A stretch of DNA of 49,018 nucleotides from the NCBI GenBank assembly GCA_030040575.1, contig JASHTK010000109.1:1-49018 (forward strand), given 5' to 3'. The DNA comes from Gammaproteobacteria bacterium. Lineage in GTDB: Bacteria > Pseudomonadota > Gammaproteobacteria > Steroidobacterales > Steroidobacteraceae. Made by a program: the position numbers and the translations under genes. The notes under the pieces were generated by a model, which searched no databases, was not told the origin of the DNA, and saw only the letters and a list, made by a program, of their open reading frames with translations. Positions 1 through 9,413 of the stretch are shown here, in pieces. Positions within the stretch are counted from its first letter, which is position 1. Each line of letters begins with the position of its first letter.

Positions 1-894
1 GCGGGTGCCGATATCGAGCAGCCCAATCCGGAAGGCATCACACCGCTGCTCAACGCCCTCGACAACCGCGCGTGGGACATTGCCATGTTCTTGCTGGACA
101 GGGGAGCCAATCCAGGCGCATGGGACATGTACGGCCGCACTCCGCTGTATGTCGCCGTGGACATGAACTCCTTCACCGGTCCCTGGGGCTTTGGGCCGCC
201 GGACCTCTCGTTCGGACACCAGCCCGACCGCAATCCGCCCCCGCCGGGTAAATTCAAAGGCATGGATGTGGTGAACCGTCTGCTGGCCATGGGAGTTGAT
301 CCGAACCACCAGCTGACCCGCATGCGGCCGACCACCAACGGCCGCGGCCGCTTCGCGGACTACATGCTGCGTGGTGGCGCCGGGCCGCTGCTGGTTGCGA
401 CGCTGAGCTACGACGATGTGGCGATCAAGGTGCTGCTGGCGCACGGCGCCGAGCCGGACCTGCCCAATGTCTTCCAGCTCACCCCTCTGATGCTGGCCGC
501 CGGCTCCAACGATGAAATCCGTATCATGCAGGGGAAGCAGCCGGATCTGCAGGCCCGCGCCATCAAAGTGGTTGACCTGCTGCTGGATGCCGGCGCCAGT
601 GTCAACTATCGGGTCACGGACAGCGAGACCCACACCGCGCAGGTTGCCGGTAGGCGAGGCGTCGAAGCGGAGGGCCAGACGGCGTTGATGGCCGCGGCAA
701 GACTGGGCTGGGACCAGATGGTGAAGCACCTGCTGGAACGCGGGGCGGATCCAACGCTGCGCGATGCCATCGGCAAGACCGCTCTTGACTTTGCGCGCAC
801 ACCTGCGCCGGAGGTCGGGGGGCGCCAGGGTCCAGCGGATCCGGGCCGCGCCGCGACCGTGGAAATTCTGGCAGCTGCGGCGCCCAAGTCCTGA
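1..894 (+). CDS. Ankyrin-repeat protein (5' end lies outside the window)
   Basis: Frame 1 is open from nt 1, so the listed ATG at 85 is internal. The translation shows serial ankyrin-type repeats: GITPLLNAL, GRTPLYVAV, LTPLMLAAGS, GQTALMAAARLGWDQMVKHLLERGADPTLRD and GKTALDFA. Stop is TGA 892-894. Confidence 0.85.
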   Translation, partial: AGADIEQPNPEGITPLLNALDNRAWDIAMFLLDRGANPGAWDMYGRTPLYVAVDMNSFTGPWGFGPPDLSFGHQPDRNPPPPGKFKGMDVVNRLLAMGVDPNHQLTRMRPTTNGRGRFADYMLRGGAGPLLVATLSYDDVAIKVLLAHGAEPDLPNVFQLTPLMLAAGSNDEIRIMQGKQPDLQARAIKVVDLLLDAGASVNYRVTDSETHTAQVAGRRGVEAEGQTALMAAARLGWDQMVKHLLERGADPTLRDAIGKTALDFARTPAPEVGGRQGPADPGRAATVEILAAAAPKS

Positions 895-1881
895 ACCGGG
901 AAGGATCAGGATTGGCTGATGTGGCTGGTCTATCGGCGCTGGAACCACGTCAACGACATCAACGTCTACCGGAGGCCGACCGAACCCGGAAACGCAAGGA
1001 TGTAACCGCGGGGTTTCCGTGGGAATTGCACCCTTTGGGCGTCCTGTCATCAGCAGCACCTCGCGAAGAATCCGGATGGGTATTGTCCGGATCACTCGTG
1101 CGGAGTGTCGTTTGGTTCTGCGAGGTTCCGCGGGCGGCAGAAGGCGTAGTTGAAGCTACGCCGAGTGTTCCAGGCACACCGACCAGCTGACCCCTGAAGG
1201 CGCAACGGCACGGGTGGCCGTGTTCCCGGTTTCCACGACACACGGGACGTCGATTACCCTTCAGTCGTGCATTGGGCGGGGGTCTGCGTGAGACACAGCG
1301 TGCGCACAGGTAGAGCGATGACATGTGCGCACGACTCGCACAGACTCCAGACATCGTGTTCTCGACATTCGATACGCGTCCGCCTTGCCGCGGGTTAGGG
1401 GGTGCCGTATGCGCCGTTTTGGCTCCAAGGGAGTTGTGCGGCGCAACATCGATTAAGACCGGTCGCTAAGTTCGACGCCCCTATTTAGTCGAGCCGCTTT
1501 GGCGCGATACACTCACCGACAACCAACCGTAGACTCAACCCGCACAAGAACAATTCTGCGCTTGCGCAACCGAAAGGGGTCTCTTGTACGTCATCGAGGC
1601 AGCTCACGGGCTCCAGCGCCCAAGACTTGCGAGGCCTTCGAGAGAGGCGGCGGCGTCGCGCTCGTCTGAAGGTCTGGACGCGCTTCGCGCAGTTGAAATC
1701 TCATCGCCCTCATCGATCCGCCCGTCTGCGACGTCGTCGTTCGGCACACCATCCGTGGAGAGGGTGGCTCCGCCGAATGCCCTCGAGAGGGTGTTGAGGA
1801 CTCGTGGCATCTGTATAGAGATCTCTGCCGATCCTTGCCGGGCTCAACGCCACGCCAATAGCCGCAGGGGGCACTCAGTTC

Positions 1882-4800
1882 ATGCGCTCGGATAACAAGA
1901 TAGTGCACGCCATGTGGGTCGGCGGGCCCTTGTCGCGGCTGGAACTGCTGACGGCACATTCGTTTCTGCACCACGGACACGAGTTTCATCTCTGGGCGTA
2001 CGATGATCTGTCCAATGCCGGCCTGCCATCATCGGTACGCATCCGCGATGCCGAGCAGATTATTCCACGCAAGGACGTGTTCGCCAAAAGAGGCAGAGAC
2101 CGGGAAACGGGCGTTGGTCGGGGCAGCTTCGGGGCACCGTTTTCCGACTTATTCCGCTACAAGCTTTTGTTTGAACACGGCGGCATTTGGGCCGATATGG
2201 ATGTGACCTGCCTGCGGCCATTCGAATTCAAGGGGGATTACGCATTTCGGCCCCACCGCCTGGGCGTCGTGGGCAGCATCATGAAATGCCCAAAGGGCAG
2301 TCGCCTGCTGAAGGCGGTGTACGAGGAAGCCGTCGCGACCGTGACGGCGGACAGTGATTATTTGGCTCCGAATCGGATTCTGTCCGCGCAGGTGATCGCC
2401 AACGAGCTGCTTCATTACGCAGTTCCGGAGATGTCCAACGCGGACAACTGGTTCAAGTTCATCCAGCCGCTGATCGAGCGGCGCGTGGCGATTCCGGACA
2501 CCTGGTACGCCATCCACTGGATCAACGAGCTGTGGAGGACGTTGCAGGCGGATGCCGGTCACTATCGCGGCAGAAAGCTCCTCGATCACGTGCCCGATAA
2601 GGATGTTCCACTGGAAGGCACGACGCAGTGGGAGCTGTACCGAAAATACGGCCTGATCGACGCGAGGTCCGGCTCGGCCGCGCGTCCAAGTCGCTGGTCG
2701 AGATTCGGCGAGCGACCGGTTGCCCAACCCATTGTTCAGCTGAAAGAGACGGCGACGCTTCCCTTTACCCTCAACATCCTCGTACCGGACCTCGACCGAG
2801 GAAGCGCGGAGCGGATCGTTGCTGAGACGGTCGCGGCGCTAAGGGGACTCCCGGGGCACAGCATCAATGTCTATGTTCTCAGCCGCTCACGACGCCAATA
2901 TGCGATCGAGAGCTCCGACCGGGTCCGAGTCCTCTATGGCCGGGACGGCGTCGACACCGCCGCGACACTGCGGGGGTTCGCGCTCGACATCATGCGCTCC
3001 GGAACGCCGCTCGCGATCGTGCACCGTCTGCCTCTGCAGCAATTACGGCCACTCTGGGGCATGGGCATCGCAACCGTCCCCGTCGTCCACGACGCGCATT
3101 CGTACGATGCCGCATCGCTGAATCTCGACAGTGCGAGCATCCCACTTGTCATCAGCGTTGCTGACGAGATCGCACGGTGGCTGCGAGCAAGCGGGTGTGT
3201 CAAACCCATCATCACCGTGCGGCACGAGCTACAGCGCGCTTTCCAGCCGGATGATTTGATGAGGCGACGGCGCGAGATACGCGATCGCTACGCAATCGGC
3301 GACGAGGTGCTTCTGATCGGCATGATAGGCGCATTCACGGCGCAGAAAGCCTATACGCGGGCGGTTCAGGTGCTCCACCGCTTGAAGCGGCACTCCGCGG
3401 CGAAGCTGATGATCCTCGGCGGCTGGGAGAGCGCATTCGGCGGCAGTCCGGTCGCCTACGAGGCGGCTTGCCGGCGCGCCGTCGAACTGGGCGTCAGCGC
3501 CGACCTGATCGTGATCGGAAGCGTGCAGCCGGTGGAATCATATCTGGCGGCGTTCGACGTGCTGTTGAACACGAGCATCGAGGAGGGCCTGAATATCTCC
3601 ATGCTGGAAGCGCGGCAGACGGGTTGTCCGATCGTCGCGGCCGCGATCGGCGCAAACAGAGAGGCCGTTCACGATGCCGGAATCCTCATCGACAATGGCG
3701 GGGATATCGACGCGTATGTGCGCGCCGTCATCGATGCGACGGGCAAGGCGCAACGCATGATTCCCACGCGTTCCACCGACGCCGGACTGGTGCCGCAGCT
3801 CTGGAGCCTCCTCGCCCAATACGGCTCCGACAGCGGTCGCGATCACGCCGCGCGCGAGGGAGTTCTGTTCGTCACCTCACAGCTGGCGACCAGAAACTCA
3901 GCACGCACTACATTGGTTGAGCTCGTGTCGGGACTTGCGCCCGGCTGCCGAGTGGGCATCTGCGTTCTATCGACGGGTGTCGATGGCCTCTACAAAGACG
4001 CCTTGGACGCTGCGCAGGTACAGATCTTCAGTGCCCATGCCGGCAGCCTCAGCGAGCGGTGTCGTCTAGTATTGCGCTGCGCCGAGTTGCTCAAGGTGCG
4101 CTCGATTTGCTTCTTCGATGCAGCCATGGAGGTGAAGCTGCTCGCGACCAAGGTGCTTGGCGGTCGAAGTATGCGCATCGTCGACGTGATCCGCGACCTC
4201 GCGGAGCTGGCGGCGCTGACCGCTCCGGCAGCGGAGGCGCTTCAGAGACGTGCAGCCTTCAGTGCCACGCAGTACCTGGAACGCCTGGATCACCTGGTGC
4301 TCACTGACGCCACGCTCGCTTCCAACGAGCTCGCGCGCGCCTGTCCTCGGGTGCAGGTGATTCAGGACGGCTTGCGGGCTCCGCCGATTTTCGTCCCGTT
4401 GCCGCTGCCCGCGTACCTGCCGCCGCCCGAATGGAATCCACAACTGCAGATCGGATCGGTCTGTCCCCTGACTCCACGGAATCATCTGGACTTCCTGCTG
4501 GAGACGATGCGGCAGCTGGACATGCAACTGCCCGGAGTCTTCTTGACGATTGTGGGAAGCGCGGACGACGGAAATGCAGAGTACGCGGCAAGTCTACGGA
4601 AGCAGACGAGCCTTCCGGGAGCCGGCAACATCTGGTGGGTCAATGGCGCTGACAGTACCCTGCCGAGCATCGCGCAATTTCAGGTGTTCATCACGGCCTC
4701 TCCGGATTCCACGAGCTTCCGGACACTGCTCGAGGCCGCGAGTATCGGCGTGCCGATCGTAGCAAGCCGCAATTCCGTGACCACGCGTTTGCTGCGGGAC

Positions 4801-5085
4801 GGCGTTAACGGGTTCCTGGTCAGCACCCCTCAGGAGATGGCCGCCCGCGTCATCGAATTGCTGACCCATAGGCCGCTCCGCCGGCGCATCGGCACAACCG
4901 CCCGACTGCACGCGGTCCGGCATTATTCCCTGCAGGAGATGGTGCAGTCGTATATGACCCTCTTCCAGCATGACGCGGGCATGCCTGTGCTGCCGAGACG
5001 GCATATGCGACGCAGGGCACCGGGGCGAATCGCAAGCCGCGCACGTTCCGGTGCTCGGATCGTGAGTCATGACCATGCGGGCTGA
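1882..5085 (+). CDS. Three-module glycosyltransferase fusion (GT32/OCH1-type DXD domain + two GT4-type GT-B modules)
   Basis: 1067-aa ORF with AGGGGG about 10 nt upstream of the ATG. The N-terminus has the sugar-binding DXD region FSDLFRYKLLFEHGGIWADMDV. Two separate GT-B C-domain signatures are present: EGLNISMLEARQTGCPIVAAAIGANREAV mid-protein and TSFRTLLEAASIGVPIVASRNSVTTRLLRDGVNGFLV near the C-terminus. Overlapping ORFs are Arg/Pro-rich shadows. Confidence 0.85.
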   Translation: MRSDNKIVHAMWVGGPLSRLELLTAHSFLHHGHEFHLWAYDDLSNAGLPSSVRIRDAEQIIPRKDVFAKRGRDRETGVGRGSFGAPFSDLFRYKLLFEHGGIWADMDVTCLRPFEFKGDYAFRPHRLGVVGSIMKCPKGSRLLKAVYEEAVATVTADSDYLAPNRILSAQVIANELLHYAVPEMSNADNWFKFIQPLIERRVAIPDTWYAIHWINELWRTLQADAGHYRGRKLLDHVPDKDVPLEGTTQWELYRKYGLIDARSGSAARPSRWSRFGERPVAQPIVQLKETATLPFTLNILVPDLDRGSAERIVAETVAALRGLPGHSINVYVLSRSRRQYAIESSDRVRVLYGRDGVDTAATLRGFALDIMRSGTPLAIVHRLPLQQLRPLWGMGIATVPVVHDAHSYDAASLNLDSASIPLVISVADEIARWLRASGCVKPIITVRHELQRAFQPDDLMRRRREIRDRYAIGDEVLLIGMIGAFTAQKAYTRAVQVLHRLKRHSAAKLMILGGWESAFGGSPVAYEAACRRAVELGVSADLIVIGSVQPVESYLAAFDVLLNTSIEEGLNISMLEARQTGCPIVAAAIGANREAVHDAGILIDNGGDIDAYVRAVIDATGKAQRMIPTRSTDAGLVPQLWSLLAQYGSDSGRDHAAREGVLFVTSQLATRNSARTTLVELVSGLAPGCRVGICVLSTGVDGLYKDALDAAQVQIFSAHAGSLSERCRLVLRCAELLKVRSICFFDAAMEVKLLATKVLGGRSMRIVDVIRDLAELAALTAPAAEALQRRAAFSATQYLERLDHLVLTDATLASNELARACPRVQVIQDGLRAPPIFVPLPLPAYLPPPEWNPQLQIGSVCPLTPRNHLDFLLETMRQLDMQLPGVFLTIVGSADDGNAEYAASLRKQTSLPGAGNIWWVNGADSTLPSIAQFQVFITASPDSTSFRTLLEAASIGVPIVASRNSVTTRLLRDGVNGFLVSTPQEMAARVIELLTHRPLRRRIGTTARLHAVRHYSLQEMVQSYMTLFQHDAGMPVLPRRHMRRRAPGRIASRARSGARIVSHDHAG

Positions 5086-5143
5086 ATCGTGGTCGGCTCG
5101 GAGTCAGGTCCAGTTGTCCGCGTCCGGAACATAGGGATACCCG

Positions 5144-6859
5144 ATGAAAGCCCTCGGCAGGGGAGCGGCGTTGAGTCGCTTGATCATTCAGCTTCCTGAG
5201 GATCGGGATTTCTGCGGCACCCTGAGTCTCCTCGATGCCCGTGGCACTGTAATGCTCGGCCCGTGGCCGGTCTGCGGCCGGTCTACCGATGAGCTGGCGA
5301 TCAGGTTCAACAACGCTCGTCGCGAGCGAGTGCTCCGATATGGTGACACGCCGCTCGGCGCGTACGTCGTGGCAGGCGTGATTCCCACCGGCAGCGGCAC
5401 AGCATTCAGTGCTGCCGAATTCGGCAGGGCAGGCGCTATCGCTCTGGAGCCGAAGGACGGAGAGGCCGCCATCGCCGAGGCTAACGGCCGCTTTAGCCTT
5501 CTCATTGTCGGGGGGCCTCCTTCGCGCGATGGGCGCCTGCGTTCCACGGCGGGCGCACTGCGCACTGCCGGCGCTGATCTGCGGCTGCTGATCGGGGCTT
5601 TGCGCCAGGGCGGCGAATTCTCCTGTGAGGTGCAACAGGCATCCAAGAAGGCCAGAGCGGGCAAGGTGTTCGTTGACCGCGACTTCCTCGCCGAGGATCC
5701 ACCGCCGCCACTGGGCACGCTCGGCCTGACTGTCCTGCGGGTTCGTCATTCCCGAACGGCACGCGCCGGCGCGCGGGCCGGTCGAGCCGCGAGCGCAATC
5801 ATCCTTGGGATCTCGGTCTCCTTCATCGCGATGGACCCCGCCGCGGCGGATGGTGGAGGCAGCCCATCATCGGGGATCAGCGACGCCGGTCCTGCCGTCA
5901 CACCGGCATCGTCCACCGGCTCGTCCGGCCCTGCGAGCACCGGTGCGCCCGGCTACGTTTCGAACGACCCGGCGGTGCTGCGCGATCGCTATATCGAGCT
6001 GAAGGCCCAGAAGGCAGTGTTCGACAAGCTCACGCCGGCGGACACGAGCGCCCTCGAGCAGCGCGTCCAGGCGTACGACAAGGCGATCAGCGATATCGCC
6101 TCCAATCTGCCGACACTCGAGAGCACCAAGAGCGAACTGGCGACGAATACGGCGTTGGCGCGCATCGGCAGCGCGATCGGTGTTCTCAAAGGTCTCGGTG
6201 ATATGGGCTCGGTGATCACGCAGCTGTATCCGGAAAGCAAGCCCGTGGGGAAGGCCTGGGACATAGGAACGGGCGCCGGTGAGGCAATCAACAAGGCGCG
6301 GGAGAACGATTACGTCGGAGCCCTGACCACGGCGGCGAAGGAACTGGGGCCATCATTGGTTCCCGAGAATGCCGAGGCCGGGGTCGAGGCGGCGACTTCG
6401 GGCGCCGCTGCGGGACATGATGCGGCTACCGCCGAAAACACCAGTAAGAAGGTGGACGTCATCTATGACGCCGTCGCCTCACTGGCGAAGATGGCCGGGT
6501 TTGATGACGTCGAAGCCGCGGCTAAGGCCGCCAAGGCGGCAAAAGCCGTGGGCGAGTCAGTCAACAACCTGCAGGAGGAGGGAGAGACGAAGGCGAGCAT
6601 CGACGCGCAGATCGATGCCAACGTCAGCAGCGCGGAGGGCATGATCCAGCGCCTCGAGAGCAAGGACAACGAGATCAAGAGCGTACTGAACGCACCCAAG
6701 AGCAGCGACAACGCTATCGACGACGAGATGCGGACGATTGAGATGAAAGTTCCGGGAATCGAGGAAGACACTTCGGCGGCCGTCGATGATCGCGCCTCGG
6801 CGATCTATGAAAATATGCAGCGAGAGAGCGCTATCGCCGTCCCCCAAGTGCCTTACTGA
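5144..6859 (+). CDS. Hypothetical membrane-anchored protein; N-terminal domain weakly resembles a catalytically degenerate L,D-transpeptidase fold; long helical Ala/Glu/Lys-rich C-terminal half
   Basis: 571-aa ORF with AGGGA 6 nt upstream of the ATG; it is the longest ORF in this interval. The N-terminal ~160 aa show GDTPLGAYVV ... GRFSLLIVGG ... RSTAGALRTAGADLRLL. This resembles the YkuD/DUF2778 pattern, but the usual His and Cys positions are replaced. There is one hydrophobic stretch (AASAIILGISVSFIAM), then a Gly/Ser/Pro linker and a helical repeat-like region. The family assignment is not secure. Confidence 0.6.
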   Translation: MKALGRGAALSRLIIQLPEDRDFCGTLSLLDARGTVMLGPWPVCGRSTDELAIRFNNARRERVLRYGDTPLGAYVVAGVIPTGSGTAFSAAEFGRAGAIALEPKDGEAAIAEANGRFSLLIVGGPPSRDGRLRSTAGALRTAGADLRLLIGALRQGGEFSCEVQQASKKARAGKVFVDRDFLAEDPPPPLGTLGLTVLRVRHSRTARAGARAGRAASAIILGISVSFIAMDPAAADGGGSPSSGISDAGPAVTPASSTGSSGPASTGAPGYVSNDPAVLRDRYIELKAQKAVFDKLTPADTSALEQRVQAYDKAISDIASNLPTLESTKSELATNTALARIGSAIGVLKGLGDMGSVITQLYPESKPVGKAWDIGTGAGEAINKARENDYVGALTTAAKELGPSLVPENAEAGVEAATSGAAAGHDAATAENTSKKVDVIYDAVASLAKMAGFDDVEAAAKAAKAAKAVGESVNNLQEEGETKASIDAQIDANVSSAEGMIQRLESKDNEIKSVLNAPKSSDNAIDDEMRTIEMKVPGIEEDTSAAVDDRASAIYENMQRESAIAVPQVPY

Positions 6860-6888
6860 ATCGGTGCGCCTGAGCGCGCGGCAGCCCC

Positions 6889-8517
6889 TTGGCCACTCCC
6901 TCCCACGGTGCTTTCTCGGACTCCGACCGGGGCGTGGTTTATATCGCTCTCGGCCAACGGTTCCGCGAGGAGGCCACGGCCTCGGCGCAGTCCTTGCGGC
7001 GCTGCTGCCCGCAGCTTCCCATCCTCCTGTTCAGCGATGATGCCGCTCCCGGCGGGGACTCGCCCTTCGATCGGACCGTGACGATTGCCGCCGATTTCGG
7101 GGACCGTCCGGTAGGCACGGAGCCGTGGTCGTCGCCGGGCTGGCTGACGCGTATCGACATTCTCGCCACGTTTCCGTTCTCGCGAACGCTGCTGCTCGAT
7201 TCAGATACCGAGGTGGTCGGCGACATCTCCGGGGTGCTGCAGACACTCGATCGCTTCGATCTCGCCGTGGCACATGCCCCCTTCCGAATGCGCCGGCAAA
7301 TCGCCGCCATTCCCGACAGTTTCCCCGAATTCAATTGTGGCGTGATCGCCCTGCGCCGCTCGCCGGCATCCCAAGCGTTTCTGCAATGCTGGCGCAAACT
7401 CTATCTGGAGCAGCCGGATTGCTGGCACCATGATCAGCATTCCTTCCGGCAGGCAGCCTGGCAAAGCGAAGTGCGCATCGCGACGCTTCCGCCGGAGTTC
7501 AATCTGCGGCCCTCCCGTCACGCAGGCGGCAATGCGGTGCGGATCCTGCATGGATTCCGCCGCGCCGGCAGGCCAGCGGCCACGGACGATCGCAAAATCC
7601 GTCTTCTCAGCTACGAGCATGGTTGCGCGCATCACCGCTCCGGTTGGGAATATGCGCAGAACGCGCTGCGCGGCTTTACCCACCCTGCCGGCATTCTGCT
7701 CGATGGACTCCTGGAGAATACGTTTGTGTGGCATCTGTCGAATTACCAGCGCTATCTGCCCATCCGGGAGCCGTGGATCGGGATCGCACACAATCCGCCC
7801 GCCATGCCGAGCGGCTACTTCGCGTCGGCACAGCCACAGAATTTCATGAACAGCGCGCCGTTCCTCGACAGTCTCCCGTGCTGCCTCGGATTTTTCACCT
7901 TGTCGCAATACCACGCCTCGTGGTTGCGGCGGCTGGGCAAGCCGGTGGAGGTCCTGTATCACCCGGTCGCCTTCGACGTCCCGCAGTTCTCGTTCGAGCA
8001 ATTCACGGCCCGCAAAGTGCGGGCTGTGCTGCACATCGGCTGGTGGCTGCGTCGATTTCAATCCTTTGATGATTTGCAGGCGCCCGGCTATCTGAAATGC
8101 CTGCTGAAGCTGTCGCGCGAGAACGCCCTGAGAGCCGTCGAAGCCGTTGCGTGGAAGAGCGCGGTGCGGTTCATCGATTACCTCGGCAGTGGCGAGTACG
8201 ATGAGCTCTTGTCTCGCAGCGTCGTATTCGTCGATCTGATGGATTGCAGCGCCAGCAACGTGATCATCGATTGCATTGCACGCGGTACCCCACTGCTCAT
8301 CAATCGACACCCCGCTGCGCAGGAGTATCTCGGGTCGGGATATCCGCTGTTCTACGACAGCCCGGAGATGGCGGAAGCGCTGCTGCGGGACGACGGCCGG
8401 CTGCGGGCGGCATCGTTGCATATGCAGTCGGACGCGGTGAGGCGCAGGCTTTCCGCGGACGCGTTCCGCAGCGCATTCGCGCACTCGGCACTGTACCGCG
8501 GGCTGCCCCAGTGCTGA
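6889..8517 (+). CDS. Two-domain glycosyltransferase (GT-A nucleotide-diphospho-sugar transferase N-domain + GT-B-like C-domain)
   Basis: 542-aa ORF starting at TTG 6889; an in-frame GTG at 6934 is an alternative start. GT-A features are VVYIALGQRF and the DXD-type LLLDSDTEVV. The C-terminal VVFVDLMDCSASNVIIDCIARGTPLLINRHPAAQEYLG resembles a GT-B C-domain. Confidence 0.75.
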   Translation: MATPSHGAFSDSDRGVVYIALGQRFREEATASAQSLRRCCPQLPILLFSDDAAPGGDSPFDRTVTIAADFGDRPVGTEPWSSPGWLTRIDILATFPFSRTLLLDSDTEVVGDISGVLQTLDRFDLAVAHAPFRMRRQIAAIPDSFPEFNCGVIALRRSPASQAFLQCWRKLYLEQPDCWHHDQHSFRQAAWQSEVRIATLPPEFNLRPSRHAGGNAVRILHGFRRAGRPAATDDRKIRLLSYEHGCAHHRSGWEYAQNALRGFTHPAGILLDGLLENTFVWHLSNYQRYLPIREPWIGIAHNPPAMPSGYFASAQPQNFMNSAPFLDSLPCCLGFFTLSQYHASWLRRLGKPVEVLYHPVAFDVPQFSFEQFTARKVRAVLHIGWWLRRFQSFDDLQAPGYLKCLLKLSRENALRAVEAVAWKSAVRFIDYLGSGEYDELLSRSVVFVDLMDCSASNVIIDCIARGTPLLINRHPAAQEYLGSGYPLFYDSPEMAEALLRDDGRLRAASLHMQSDAVRRRLSADAFRSAFAHSALYRGLPQC

Positions 8518-9242
8518 AGTACATCATCCTGTCCACTCCCCGCTGCGGGAGCTCGACACTCATGCAATGCGCGCAGTTGTGGCTGGCGCGCCCGTTCGTG
8601 CGCGAGCCCCTCAATCCCTGGGAGCGTCCGGAGTTTCACCCGCCGATTCTGCACGGCAAGAGTGTGCGGGAGCGCGCCATGGTCATCTGTCGCGCCGATT
8701 GGGCTCCGCCGGGAATGAAGCACGTGCAGGATCCATTCCTTGATGCGCCTAAGACGGAGGCAAGCCTCGTGGCACTGCGGCAGGTCCTGTCGGTCCCTGA
8801 CGTGAGGGTGATCCTGCTCAGGCGGAGTGTCCCAGAACAATTCATCTCAATGGAGATCGCGCTGCAGACACGCGACTGGTGGTCGCTCGGTGCCGACGCG
8901 TTGCCCGCTGCGCTCGCACCCATCCGGAGCGGGACCTCGCAGGCGATCAACGAAGAGGAAATCCAACGGCGGCTAGCGAAGCTGCAGGAAGCGACTCGGC
9001 AACTCGCGGAGATTTGCAGGGAGTGTGGTGCCGATTACATCGAGCGCAGCTATGAGGAGCTGTTTCGCGGCTCCTGTGCCGACGCCGCGGAAAACGTCGT
9101 GCACGCCCTCGGCCATTTCGATGCAAACGCGCGCGGAGATCTGAACGAGCTTCGCCGTCTGCTGCAAAGAGACCGGCGCTTTGAAAGCATGCAACGCATC
9201 TACGAGAGCGTAGCCGCGCGTTACCCCAGCCTGCGCCAGTGA
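8511..9242 (+). CDS. Sulfotransferase (Stf0-like family)
   Basis: GTG 8511 sits in GTGCTGA, overlapping the upstream stop (TGA 8515-8517). It has a 5'-PSB-like loop ILSTPRCGSSTL and a 3'-PB-like VILLRRSVPEQFIS. The longer listed ORF from 8244 would overlap the glycosyltransferase. Confidence 0.7.
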   Translation: MLKYIILSTPRCGSSTLMQCAQLWLARPFVREPLNPWERPEFHPPILHGKSVRERAMVICRADWAPPGMKHVQDPFLDAPKTEASLVALRQVLSVPDVRVILLRRSVPEQFISMEIALQTRDWWSLGADALPAALAPIRSGTSQAINEEEIQRRLAKLQEATRQLAEICRECGADYIERSYEELFRGSCADAAENVVHALGHFDANARGDLNELRRLLQRDRRFESMQRIYESVAARYPSLRQ

Positions 9243-9343
9243 TGGCAAAGACTTCCGGCAGGATGGCGCTTGCGAAGGCGCGGCACGCTCGCGCGGCTTC
9301 TTGCTCGACGGCAGCCACGGCAGCTCCTCGGCAGACCCCCGTG

Positions 9344-9372
9344 CGAATCCTGGGGGGAGCCGAATCCTGGGG
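9344..9372. repeat. Perfect 12-bp direct repeat CGAATCCTGGGG x2 (9344-9355 and 9361-9372), candidate regulator binding site
   Basis: Read directly from the sequence. Centre-to-centre spacing is 17 bp, and it lies about 220 bp upstream of the PEP-CTERM gene start. Function is unknown. Confidence 0.6.
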
Positions 9373-9413
9373 CGGGCCGGATCCGATAGCATCGTCGGAG
9401 GCCGCCTTCCCGG

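Noticed and set aside
1143-1162. Hairpin GGCGTAG-TTGAAG-CTACGCC, considered as a terminator or an ops/JUMPstart-like element (GGCGGTAG) ahead of the polysaccharide genes
   Set aside because: No T-run follows the stem, and it lies 250 nt from the ankyrin stop. The string is GGCGTAG, one G short of the ops core, so neither call is supported.
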